Position numbers and translations under genes: made by a program. A stretch of DNA of 64,000 nucleotides from Zootoca vivipara (Eukaryota), in the NCBI RefSeq assembly GCF_963506605.1, contig NC_083278.1, positions 36,952,001 through 37,016,000 of the forward strand. The letters are read 5' to 3'. A model generated the notes under the pieces. That model searched no databases, was not told where the DNA came from, and was given only the letters and a program-made list of their open reading frames with translations. The number at the start of each line of letters is the position of its first letter. Position 1 is the stretch's first letter. Of this stretch, positions 45,083 to 58,883 are shown one piece after another.

Positions 45083-48000
45083 TGTGTGTGTTTGATTGGT
45101 GTTTAATTGTTTTATAATTATTTTTAAAACAAATAATTTATATTAAAAATGTTTTTAGCTGTTCTTATTTTCTCTCTTTTAAGCCGCCTTGAGTCCCTGG
45201 CCAAGGGAAAGAGAGGGATAAAAATAAATACATATTAATATAATAGTGATGGCACTTACCTACACACTGCCCCTCTTCCTGGAACCAATTCACACTTGCC
45301 ACCATTAACACACAAGTGTGGCTCAATCTCACACAGGCTACGGCACGGCAGACCATCTCTTCGTACATAACCAGGCTTACAAAGGCAATCGGCCTCTTTC
45401 GTCCAGTCGTTCTTTACGCACTGTGAAAATTCGTCGCATCCCATGAACTTGCAAGGATCTGCTTGATCAGCTGTAAAAGAAAAGGATAATCTTTTTTTTA
45501 AAAAAATGGGTCCATTGCTGCAGTGCCACATATCACTTGGCAAAAACTTACTCTTCACTGAGGAGGGAAACAGGAGCTCTCCACAAATACGAGTCTATCA
45601 GTAAAATACATCTTAGAAAAAGAGCCAGCATCATTTTGCTTTTACAAACTGCAGTTATGGATTCTTTTCTTTGGTGATCTGGCTTTCTGTTTACTTGATT
45701 CTCCTGCCTGTGACAGTCATATGCTCAGACTAATAAAGGAGCTGCATATTACAAATAGTAGGAGCCCTGTATCTAGTGCTCCTCTCCATGTCTTAATATA
45801 ATTCATCCCACGTTCTAACCAGCTTGGCTTAGTATGCAAGGAATTGCCGGTGCTGGCATTGGTATAACCAAGAAGCTATGGCATGGCTGGCAGGTAAGGG
45901 CGTTCTGGGCAGGCTGTGACACAGAAGCCCACCTGAAAATGGCCCGAGTCCCACCAGCGGTTCCTAGTCTACTGTTTGAGAAACACTGGTCTAATGACAC
46001 CACTGGTATTTATTATAACATTTATTTTTAAATACTTTTTTAAAAATTTATTTTTAAATACTTTTAAAGTATTTTTAAATACTTTTAAAGTATTTTTAAA
46101 TACTTTAAGTGCTATAAGATTTCTTATCTGATCTTTTTGGAAATCCTCTTGAAGATCTCCCAACTCTTAGAACCACTAGCTAGGAACAACTGCGGGAGAG
46201 CGCTACTACTCTCATGCCCTGCTTGTAGGATTCCTGAAGGCAACTGTTTGAGTACTGTGGGAAGCAGGATCCTGGCCATTGGTCTGATCCAGCAGGGCTT
46301 TCATTTCTGGAAAGGAGTCCTCTTCCCTCTCCGAAATAGTCTGCTACCCACGCAAGCCTGTGACTCATAGCTGCGTGTGTCACTTGGCTCAGTTTCCTTG
46401 GCAGTCTTGCCTCATCTCCAAATATCTGAGAACCAGTATGTAGATCTTTTTCTCATTTTTCCACAACACTGAACTTTTAATTTTATATCTCCCAGGCTTT
46501 TTTTTTTTAAAAAAAGAGAGAGAATGTAACAGTGTTGAAAAAAATCCTTTAGGATATCCTAAGGAAACTGGTCCAAGTAATTGTGTGCCTTGCACCGAAT
46601 TTATTAGAATATCCGTTATTCTAGCAATCCCCAACTAGTCTTACAACACTGAAATAAAAGCCATCCTTTAATCTGGAGATTATATATTTCTGCAGAATCT
46701 TAGAGACAAAGTTGGTTCAGACATAATCCTATTTTTTCAAGTAATGAGTTTTCATCCTACCCTTAAACAAATAGGAAAGCAAGATATATTTGTTCTTCTA
46801 CATATAACCAATCAGGCATTTGTCGACTTCAGTTTTCATTCATAGTTCATTCATTCATCTATTCCAGGGTTTCCCAAAATTTTCAGCTGTTTTTTGGACT
46901 ACAACTCCCATCATCCCTAGCTAGCAGGAACAGTGGTCAGGGATCATAGCAGCCAACTCCTAGGCCTCCCCATAAAATATTTGAGGGACCCCCCAAGTTA
47001 TATAGGTGTTGCCATTCAAATGGTTTGTGAATCTTGTGATTATGTGGGGGGGGGGACTTACCTGGATCCCCCAATATTTTATTCCACTTGGGACCCCTGT
47101 CAGAGATGATGGGAGTTGTAGTCCATCAACAGCTGGAGACCCAAGTTTGGGAAACCCTAATCTAGTCCCATCCCTTGCTCAGTGCAGGAAATCCAGACCA
47201 AGAGCATTCCCCAAGAGATGGATCTCCAAAGAATCTCATGCGCTGCCACCCAGGTAAATGGTTCCACTGTTGAACTGTTCCTAGAGAGCAGCCCTGGTGG
47301 ATCAGAACAGTGACCCATCTAGTACTACCAGTATCCTGTTCTATTAGCTGCCTGTGGGAAGCCCACAAAAGGAAGCTGACCACAACCACACCTGACTGAT
47401 GATTTCAAACAACTGGTACTCAGAAGCATATTGCCTCCATCAGTGGAGGAACAACATAGCTATTAGGATTAGTAGTCACTGGAAGCCTTAGCCTCTATGA
47501 ATTTGTCTAATCCTTTTATAAAGTCATCCTGTTACTTAATCCCATTAGATCTAGACCTGCCCTCTCGGGCAGCAGACAAGATGTCTCTGCCCTCTTGTAG
47601 GTGACAGTCCTTCAGGTATCTGACTACAGCTATCATGTCCTCTGTGTCTTCCCTTCCCCAGGATAAAGAGACCTAGTTCCTTCACCCGTTCTTCATAGGA
47701 CTTCTTTGCAATACCCTTCACCACCGTTGTCCTCTGAACCAGCTCCAAATGTCTACAACCTTCTCAAACTGCAGTGCTGAAGAACCCCCAGAGGAGGCCT
47801 GGCTACTGCAGTGTCTCATCCCTTCAGACCTACATAAAAACAAATGATCAACTATGTTTGGTTTCGCTTACAGTGCTTTTTGCTGCATTTAATCTCACAT
47901 TTTAATCCACAAACTTTGTTCTAGTTAGGAAAGGGGCACAATTTAACACCCATCTTGTTTATCTCATTTAAATGCGCCATCAGCATTCCAGGATGTGGGG

Positions 48001-51000
48001 TAGAAGGAGGATCCTCCAGGACTGTTGTCAAGACAACATTTTAAAGTCATGAATGTTGGCAATGGCAGCAGAGTCATGATAATGCCATGTCAACATACTA
48101 CGGAAATTTTCTTCAGCGGAACCTGAAGTGCCTCACATCTGTGGGAGGATGAGGACAGAAGTTCACAAAGAGTTGTGAATGCATCTTTGCTTAAAATGGG
48201 GAGGGACTAAAAGCCAGAACGAGTACAGCCACAAGTACACAGTGACACACGCAACTTCAGATAAGTAGTTCACATTGCACAGTTGCTATGCCATCTTGAG
48301 ATATTTCTCCCAGTTCCTGTCTGTGATTGCATTAAGGTTCTCTCCGTTACTGTAGCCTGGCTGCCAGCCTCCTCACCCTTCCTTGGTCAGCAGACAGTTT
48401 TCTGTTGTTAAAAATGCACACTCAGCTTCCTACTCCACCCAAGCATATAACCTCAATTTAGCAATGTGCTTATCTCGCAGCAGGGTACCCAGTGCCCATT
48501 ATGCCATGTTCCTGAAGTGTGACTCTTCAAAGGAATGAGAACTCAGGACTGTAATGCCTGATGAACTCTTTCACCAGTTTTGTAGAATGGGTGGCCAAAT
48601 AAACAGATGCTCTTGAGTGCTGCAGCTGCCGTAGGAAGTGTGTGCAAATCAGCAGAATAACTCAATGACAGCAGCATGTTGATCAGAAAACCAAGTGAAC
48701 CTTGGGCTATGTTGGGACCATAGCTGCCAAGCACCCCGTTTTCCCTGGGAAACCCCCGTTTTTACTTACCTTTTCCCGGTGGTCCCCCGTATCACTTCGT
48801 CTCCCGTTTTTCTCCGTTATTTTCTCCTGCCGGCGGCCATTTTTTTCTTTCTGATTTGCCCATCTATGGGCACAAAAAATGGCCGCCGCCGGCTTCAAAA
48901 GTCGCATCTACACATGACCGTAAGTGCGTAGACGTCACTTCCGGTGTCGGCGGCGGCCATTTTGGGTGCCCATAGATGGGCGGGGCAACACCGGAAGTTG
49001 TGTTGATGCACTTCCGGTCATGCGTAGAAGCTGCTTTTGAAGCCGGCGGCAGCCATTTTTGGTGCCCATAGAAGGGCAAAGCGACACCGGAAGTTACGTC
49101 GACGCAACTTCCGGTGTCACGCAGCAGTCCGGGACTTGGAAGGTAACGTTGGGACATGTGAGATACATTCTGGGAGCACATTCTCCACAGTTTTCATTCT
49201 ACTCTTAGATCTGCTTGTGGGAAAGGTCAATTCATTAAAAGAGAGACTCAGTTCTCTGCCATGTTCTACATGATGTTTGGCCGGACATTGGCCAGGGCAC
49301 TGAACAGCTAGGAAATCTCCCCACAGCCTTACAGGAGCTGCTCCCAATGAAAAGCTGCAACAGACCTGCAGCTGCAGAAGGATTGTTTCAGTCATCAGGC
49401 TGGGCCCTCCCAGCCAGCAGCTTTAACTGGCAGAAGATCCTTGCTGCTGCTTCACTTGGCAGGATGGGCCTCTTACTCTTGAGTGATTATGTTGGTGCTC
49501 TCTGTAAGCGTGAAGTACATAGAACATTTGTCAGAACTCCCACTGACTTCATTTGGACTGTGGGCAAAATAATATCTTCCTCGATTTTGGCCTATGCATC
49601 CCCTTTTTCAATAAAAGTAAATATGCAGTAGAGTCAGATTCTCTCTAGTACCCTTTTGTCAATGCTAAGGAATGCTTAAGAGCTTTACATTTTGTTATAC
49701 AAATAAATAAGTGCAAACAACATGTGCCTTGTTTAGCTTAGAATGCATCTATAAATGGCAATGTTTCTTGTCAAAATACGCATTTCCCCAATTGCTATTT
49801 TCTGTTGATAAAAAACAGCTATTTAAGCTCTTGGGCTCTGTGCCATGTTTCACAGGATTCTCAGGAGGGACCCTGATCATGACTTAGAGACAACCTGGGG
49901 CTTTTCATTCTTCCCGTCTTACAGAAAGCAACCAACACCATGAAATGCTTGCAGGAGAGCAATGTTTCTTCCCCCACTGCCCCAGTTTTTTTTTACATCA
50001 CCTGGCTCAATATCAAGGGAATAGCTGTCAATTTCAAGGTTAAGGCGCTGAGCTGCTGCATCACAAAAATCCTCCAGCACACAATGGACAGCCTCTGTGA
50101 TGTTGTACGGCACTGACTTCGCAAACTTCATTTTGCTGTTGACAATCACACTTCCATTGCGGAAGTTCAGTATTTCCAGTTGCTTGAAGCCTGTTAGGTT
50201 GGACTGTAGGTAAGGAAGAAGCTACAAAAAGAAAAAAGAAAAAGAAATAAATGAGAAAACTTTAAGTTAGTGGTGTTCAAACTTTTTTCAAAGAGGGCCA
50301 GATTTTATGAAGTGAAGGGCCATGACCAAAGGGTCAACCAAAGTTGTTGAGCTTTTTTTAAGGTTGGAGTTGTTGAGGTTTTTTTATGGTTTTACCCCAG
50401 GAAATAAACTGCCACAGGGGCTGGATTAAACCGACTGGCGGGGAGGTTTAGTCCCCTGAAACAGACTTTGGACATGCCTGCTTTAAATCCTCTATCACTG
50501 CCCACGTATCATTGATTCCACTTATATTCACTTTTCATTTTGGGGAACATAAATCATCTGCTCTGTTTCACTGACTTTATTAGCAGACTTTACATCTGCT
50601 ACCAGGTTAAGTTTCTCAGTTAGTCTTTAACTGTCTCTCTGGTTAGATCTTCTTCAATAATCTATTAAGATAGATAGAGTGCTGTTTTCCTTCTAATTAA
50701 ATTTCATAGGCTGCAATCCAGTTAAAAAAGAAATCAATGGGACTTAAGCATGCTCAAATGTGAATTGCAGCCATGGGCAAGGCAGTTCTATGGTTTCAAG
50801 AGGGTTTTGCGTGTTGTTAGTTGTTAAATTGAAAAAATGAGCCTTGGATATTTATGTCCCAGCCGCCAAAGTCAACAACGGGTACTTGTGTATACTGGGA
50901 GCTCTGCATTGCATAGCCAATAACTTAGCATGTTTTGTATGTTCTTTCATGGCAAGGAGAGCTAACACCCTCCAGCTATGATTACTCACACTTCCAACCT

Positions 51001-54000
51001 CAGCCTTCTGGCTAAGGAAGCCAAAATTGTCCTGCCCTGCAATGGCAGCAGCAGTGATCAGAGGTAGCTAAGGTAGTTCAAGGGATGCCATCCTTTTTAT
51101 CTTCTGGCGCTGGTTTCCCTTCATGCACACCTAAAAGGGAGGCCCTATCCTCTCATGCCTGCTGGGCTCTGCTTTATGGGATAAGTTAAAATATTCTCTC
51201 TCCAGCCTCCCCTCTTTCAGAGGTGCTGGTGATAGAGCCGCAGTTAGAGAGGAAGACTTTAACCACCACCTAGCTAGATACACAACTCAGGTGAAGTACA
51301 ACCCACCTGAGGGAAGTGCGGATTTTGAAAAATGAGTGTGTTTTGGGTTTTCTATTGTTTCAGAAAGCACAGGTTAGGTTTGCCGTTAAGTGTGAATTGA
51401 CTTCCTCTTCCAACCCAAGTTGAGGCAGGGATGAGGTTGAAACTACATCATCATCATCATCAAATTTCTTTGCTGCCCTTCATCACATGTGATTAGCATC
51501 ATGAACAGAGTTGGGTTGTAAGAAGAGCAGGTGCCACTTTTCTTTTTAAAATGCTTTTCATTATTTGGAATTTGTTTTTAACTTGGGGAATGGCAGGGGG
51601 GGAAATAACAGCTTGCAAATATAAATGCATTGAAAGCAACTCTTTGCTACCTACCAGCTGCATGAACTGCTGTTCGAGTGCTTTGTATTCTGAGGAACTC
51701 CGATTGAAGAGGTCATCGGAAAACCGCATGTTGGTTACTCTCAAGCTGAAGAAGACTACTAGCTCTTTGCCTTTGGCTACAGTTGTCATTGAGCTGGTGG
51801 TTACGTACTTCAGTGGAGGAGCTGGAGTCATATCCGGAGTTTCAGGCAGCGCATAGTAGCCACTTCCATCCTCACTAATTGTTGCTGGCCTCATGATGTC
51901 AACCGTATCTAGTTCAGTAGCAATATCTTGCACCCCCATGTCAAATCCTGTAGGGATGTCACTGTCAGTCACTGCCCACCCAGAGCTTGTTGCTTCAAAA
52001 GACTGGTCAATGACAATGGAAGGACCACTGGTAGTCACAGCAGGCAATAAAATGATCTGATCTGTAGGCCCCAAAATATCTTCAGGAAGAGAGGTGGGAA
52101 GAGCAGGAGAACCAATGACATACGGTATAGTACTTATTGCAGCCAAAATCTCATCGCCTGAAGATTCCAGTTCATCAGTAATCTTTGCATCTAGAAAGGA
52201 AACAACACGTTGAAGAACAAAAACACTGTAGAAAACCCACATTTAAGGTCTGCTATGGAAGATGTCGAAGTGGAATTGTTTACCTATTGTGGCATTTATG
52301 CCCTACTTTCCACTTAAAACACGCACACAAGGTGACTAAAGAATAATTAAAATCCAATTCAGGTAACTGAAATGACAGTAATTCAGCAAAATACAAATCA
52401 AGGTGCCTTATTAAAATGTCAATAAGCTGCAGCAAATAAATACAGGAATTCAACTCCAATCCATTATAGTCTCAAAAGTCCAACAGAACAATAGTGTCCT
52501 AGCTAACCACCTGGCTGCGTGAAAGTGAGGCATCCATCCATATGGAATGAGTTCCACAAGGACTTACCCACACCTCCTCTTCTACAAACACACCACAGTG
52601 GTACCTCTACTTACGTTCACCTCTGGTGACGTATGCTTCGGGATACGTACACGGCAAACCCTGAAGTATTTTTCTGGGTTTCGCCGTGTGCACATGTGCA
52701 GAAGCGCTCTACCGTGCCATGCACATGTGCAGAAGCGGTCCCTCCGGTTGTGGAAACCTCAGGATCTGACTGCGGGTTCGGAACGGATCCCGTCCGCAAC
52801 TGGAGGTACCACTGTAATTCAAACAGAGGTGTTATGCACCTGCAGTTGACATCGGGGGGGGGGGGAGGTAAGCCCTGCCTTGCATAATTGACCACCAGAC
52901 ATGGCACACGCACACCATTTGAATGGCAACGCCTATCAACTTTGGAAGACCCTGCCCCCTCAAATATTTTATTGGGGGAGACCGAAGGGACCTCGGCCCC
53001 TGGGTGTTGGCTCCTATGAATGTGTGTTATCTCAAAAGGAGACCCTATGCATGTGCAGCTGCATAATACTGTGCATGATTTGAAACCCTACATGGTGAAC
53101 GTCCCCAAGTGGATAGAGAGCTCACACTATAATAACAATAATTTATTTGTACCCTGCCCATCTGGCTGAGTCTCCCCAGCCACTCTGGGCGGCTCCCAAT
53201 AGAGTGTTAAAACAATACAGCATTAAATATTAAAAACTTCCCTTCAGATGTCTTTAAAAAATAGGATAGCTGCTTATTTCCTTGACATCTGATGGAAGGG
53301 CGTTCCACAGGGCGGGTGCCACTACCAAGAAGGCCCTCTGTCTGGTTCCCTGTAATCTCGCAATGAGGGAACCGCCAGAAGGCCTCGGCGCTGGATCTCA
53401 GTGTCCAGGCAGAACGATGGGGGTGGAGACGCTTCTTCAGGTATACAGGACCGAGGCCGTTTAGGGCTTTAAAGGTCAGTACCAACACTTTGAGTTGTGC
53501 TCGGAAACGTACTGGGAGGCAGTATAGATCTCTCAGGACCTGTGTTATGTGGTCCCGGCAGCCACTCCCAGTCACCAGTCTAGCTGCCACATTCTGGATT
53601 AATTGCAGTTTCCGGGTCACCTTCAAAGGTAGCCCCACGTAGAGCGCATTGCAGTAATCCAAGCGGGAGATAACCAGAGCATGCACCACTCTGGCGAGAG
53701 AGTCTGCAGGCAGCCTACGTACCAGATGGAGCTGGTACACAGCCGCCCTGGACACAGAATTAACCTGCGCCTCCATGGACAGCTGTGAGTCCAAAATGAC
53801 TCCCAGGCTGCGCACCTGGTCCTTCAGGGGCACAGTTACCCCATTCAGGACCAGGGAGTCCCCCACACCCACCCGCCCCCTATTCCCCCAAAACAGTACT
53901 TCTGTCTTGTCAGGATTCAACACTCCTTCAGATGTATATGTGTAGGCTGCCCTTTTCAATTGTGCTGAATGCATGGATGGCAGAGCAGGCAGAATGCATG

Positions 54001-57000
54001 ACACTGTGGACGGTGCCCGTGGGTACAGTTCTTTTCTGCCCCCCAGATAGCCATTGTGTCACTTTTAGACATTTCCCCCTAAACTATTATTTTAGTAATG
54101 ATAACTCTACATGATTACTTTCCTAATTTATCTTAGGTCACCAAATCTCCTTACAGACCGCCCCCTCCCAATAATGTTTTCTCCTAAATGTGCAAAGGCT
54201 TTGGTATTCTGTACAGAAATATAGAGTACTCAAGAGTCTGTAACCAAAAGAAATATGACAGGAAAGGGAATTAGGAGCACAGCATAAAGATAAAGGGATG
54301 ATGACAATTATTTCAAGAATAATTCACTTCAGTAGTATTGTGTCCTACAAGTTGCTATGCTGACATTTCTTGCTCAGAATCTTCATTTTTACGATTAAAT
54401 CTTCAGCAACTAATTGGTTTGACAAACTGTCGCACCTTTGATGCATGTGCAATTAGGTGCAAATTAGATGACAATGATTTGCCTTTGGTTTGAACATCAA
54501 AATGGTAAAGCTGGCTATCTCCTCGTGTGTAGTCAATACAAATTTGCTGAACACACTTATGCACATTCTTCAGTTATTCCACAAATTCACTGATTCAATA
54601 TTTCCTTAATAACTTGCCAATATACCTTGGTCAAAGGCTGAGTGGTTGCAAGACACATAAGTGGGTTACTGTTGACTTTTATTTAGGTAATTATCTTTTA
54701 ATGAAGTTTGTGTGTGACTGGGTGCAAATGAATGAATATGGTGGAATAACTTACATTTTGTTTGAACGCAGTGATTTAATTCCTTTTTGTGAATAGATTT
54801 AGGTCTGATCTGCAGTTTATTCCCCTCCACAATCCTAGTGAGTGTGGCAAAACAGATAACTCAAGTCTCTGCCATCATTTCTCCTATGCTACTGACTTGT
54901 TCTGCTATTGCAGTGCTGCTGGCAAGGAAAAAATGTCTTTGAAGTTACATTACACTCACCCACCCTATATAATCACTGTTTAGAGACCCCTTACCAGGAG
55001 TGATTCCTACAACGGCAACAGGTGAGGACAAACATCAGTGTTGCATGGACACTGGCTCCAGGGAGCCTGTTTCTCAGATATTTCTCATTGTCACCTACTG
55101 ACTTAGAAGCAGGGAGCTTCAGTGCTCAAGTTGGTGGGGGAGAATTATTACCCAAACTGTGGCATCATCCCCCTACAAAAAAGCAGATAGGCTTACTACT
55201 ACTTAGGAAAACTGAAACTTTTTTAGCTTATACATTCTAAAAAGCTGTACTTCATAAACTTAATATTCTCACCACCACCACCAAGTACCTAGAACCTTGA
55301 GTAAATTTACTGATCTGAACCGCAAACAGGTTGGGCAACAGGTGAGGTTGAGAAGACCTAACAGCATACAGAGGCTATAAACCTTGTCCCTAAATACACA
55401 TTCCTAAGATCATCTATCAAAATAGCTTCCAAGGGTTTGGTGGCCTTACATGAAAGNNNNNNNNNNNNNNNNNNNNNNNNNNNNNNNNNNNNNNNNNNNN
55501 NNNNNNNNNNNNNNNNNNNNNNNNNNNNNNNNNNNNNNNNNNNNNNNNNNNNNNNNNNNNNNNNNNNNNNNNNNNNNNNNNNNNNNNNNNNNNNNNNNNN
55601 NNNNNNNNATGCAGGGGGTTGAACTAGACGATCCTCATGGTCCCCTTCCAACTGCACAATTCTATGTTTCTATGTCAAACTATATTGAAGGTAGAAAATA
55701 GATTTATATACTCACTAACAGAAAAAAATGTTATAAGCAAAGCTTCTCTAAAACAGAACCAATTAACAACTCATGGGAACAGATTAAAATTATGAAATGG
55801 ACAGCTACGGTGAAGGATACCAAAAAATTACAAAAATGACTTACAGAAACGGATCCCTGTGATTCAATGCAGGCAACTCTCCATTTGTATGGGGTTGCGT
55901 CAGCACATAAGCCCATTCTGCCCCCACCCCATTCTGCCGATTCCACCCCTTTCCAGGGACAAAAATGATGTGTGTCTCAGTAGCTGCATGTCAGTTGGGT
56001 ACGTGCAAAATGGTTGTTGCCTGTATATGGGAGAGAAGTTAGGTTTTACAGGAATAGAAGTAGTTTACTATACAAGGTAGTAATATTTATGTGTTAAGTT
56101 TTCATATGAATCTATTTTATAAACAGTTGATAATAAAACATCTAACATGCACACAAGATAGATTAAAACTACGTCTTCATTATTAATACTTTCTCTGGTA
56201 TTGTGAAGAAATTCATTTCATGAAAAAAAAATGCAATCATTACAGTATGCTTATTATTTGCCACTGTATTTTCTGGGAAGGCACTATTTATTTCTGCTTA
56301 CTGTACTTTAACTATTTTGGGCAGCTTAGAGAATTAGTGTTTCCTAATGAAAGGATTATAAAGTGAGAGCCATGCTACTGAATTCTATAAGAGTACCAAA
56401 ACAGCGTGAGTCTAATTAGATGGCTAATATGACAGGAGGGGAATTGCAGGTCAGAGGAGGCCTATGAAAGAATCCTTTATCCGTAACTCAATTTCCTGTT
56501 TTGCTTTTATATTTTGTTGCCTCTCAAGTGCTGTTTTTTTTTTAAAAAAAGAATATGTAAGGACTACCAAAACATTATAGAAAGCAACACGCAGTTTAAG
56601 AACAAAAAGGCGTATGCACAATCCAACAGTGTTAAATCTGGGTTAAGTCCACTCAGTGCTTTTTTTTTTTCTTCTGGTGGTGTATTTTTCTGCCCCAAAT
56701 CAGAGCCTCACATCTCCTTCCCAAAGCTGGGTAACTTTCTGCCCTAGCTTAGGGACAGAGACATGATGCTCTGGCAGGGTCCGATAGCCCTCCCTTGCAT
56801 GGTGAGTTTTTCTAGAAAAAAAGCACTGAGTCCACTAATTTAAACAATTTCTCAGGGCAGAATATTATTCATTTGATTAGAATCTATAGGTAAATTTTCA
56901 GGTAAAAGCTGTTTACATTGGAATCCTGTACCCAAAAGAACATTTCAAGACAGAAAATGAAATAAGCAGCAAGTAGGTATGTATACTGAAGAACTGAGGA

Positions 57001-58841
57001 TGGATTCTTGCATTCATGTACGATGTCTGTAACCCTTTTCTCTCTCTCAGCTTCCACCAACAGCATTCACTTCAGCATGAAGACATAGTGTCGTGCCTGT
57101 TGCTGGAAGATACGGGGACAGTATATTTTAAAACACAGCTTCAATTGTCAATATTTCTGAAAGACTTGTCACCCCCCTCTGGCTTAGCTGCTCTGATGTT
57201 ATGAGTTTCTGGGTGCTGGACACTGAACCCCTGGATTTAGCAAATGTTAAAATATAAGCCAGACCAGTTTCCCGATGAGCTAGTCGCCTGGGAGATGAGC
57301 CATTAAGAGAACAAAAGGAAGACAGTGAGTGATTAGGAAAGCCAAAAACAGGGGCCTCTACGCCAGATGAGGGGGGGACTCCCTCAACTCAGGGTTAGTT
57401 AGGAGGCAAGGGCAGAGTTTGAAGGCGAGTTTTTAGAGCTGGCTATGATGTGACCTGGGAGGACAAAAAGGTGTCAGGCTGTTAAAGGCAGCAAGCTGGA
57501 GAGCATGAGCATGATTTCTTAAGTCTGTTTGGATCCAAGGCTGCGCCTATGGGAGAAGCGAGACCTTCTTGGAGTGTTAGTGCTGTGAACCCCTCCAGGT
57601 TCAGGTTGTGTATATATGTAAATAAATGATATATCATAAGGACAGCACAGTCTCTGCTGTGCCTCATTCCCCAAAGGAAACATGGACCCTGGTTAAACAT
57701 CTGGAACCCCTGGAATCTCACATTGCTTGGAGATTGGAGTGGTGTGCAACAATACAATGCATGTTCTCTGTAAATGGAGATGTAATTCCAAATCAAATCT
57801 TAAATAGGATGCTTAAACCCTTTGTTTCTCATTTGCTACATGACATATTGAACATTATGGCAAACCCTTTCACAGGCTAATTTAATACCCGGAAACTTAG
57901 CTCTATGGTATCAGCGTTTATTGGATGGAGCAATGACAGGAGTCAACAAGGCACAAAACACGTGAAAGAATAAGCCAAGATTCCTAAAAAAAAAAAAGCA
58001 AACAGAAAATTAGAAACTGAAGAATAACACCAATCCTACTGGTTCAACTGCAATGCCTGTTTCTCTTCAATTAGGTGGACTAAAACTATTTGTTATTTCT
58101 CAATACCTAGGGCACATTAGCCCTGGCACATCTCGGGGTGTTTGAAGTACATTTTAAGCTGGATTTAAGGCATAACCTATAAGGGATGACTGGCTATGAA
58201 GGATCTTGATTTGAAATTCCAATTGTTTCTCCCACCCTTTCACATGTTGGGGACATCTTGAACCAGAGTTCCTTTAAATGAACATTTTAAAAAGCAATTT
58301 GTATGGAAGAAAATGTGCAACTTTAGCCTATAGCCAATCAGAAAGTCAGTGCATGATGCTGCTGCAATTGTCTGCACACTTACTTGGGAATAAGAAGCCT
58401 CACTGAACTCAGCGGGACTAAATTCCAAGTAAGCATGCATAGAATTGCACAGTGCTTTTTGGGGGGTGGGGTGGGTGGGCTGAATCTTGGATGAACATGA
58501 AAGCAGCAATGTGTTATTGAAGGAAAGTTTATATCTAACCTGAAAGTTGTGAACGTATTCCTGAAATGTATCTGTATAGCAGACCTTTTTGCAGAAAACA
58601 ATAACTTCCTTGGTACAGAATAATGACTGACTTTTAAAAAAAACTGACAAAAATATGGATGTTTGAACATAGAAATATGAGCTGTCTGAAAAAATCAAGA
58701 TCAGTGTCTTTATTACAATACCCTGTGCTGCTGATGAAATTGCATGTTGCTTCTCCCAAACCCCCAAAATAACCATTGCACATACAATCTAATATTGCTT
58801 TCAGAGTTTCAACTCCCAGGGCTGAAAAGCTTTCTAACCTT

Positions 58842-58883
<42 letters not shown>

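Noticed and set aside
53207-54004. 265-aa ORF as a host gene
   Set aside because: It is the C-terminus of L2 LINE ORF2 and lacks the endonuclease and RT core.
58240-58776. 178-aa minus-strand ORF in the IMPG1 intron
   Set aside because: No recognisable domain, non-coding composition, and no convincing splice pair in phase.
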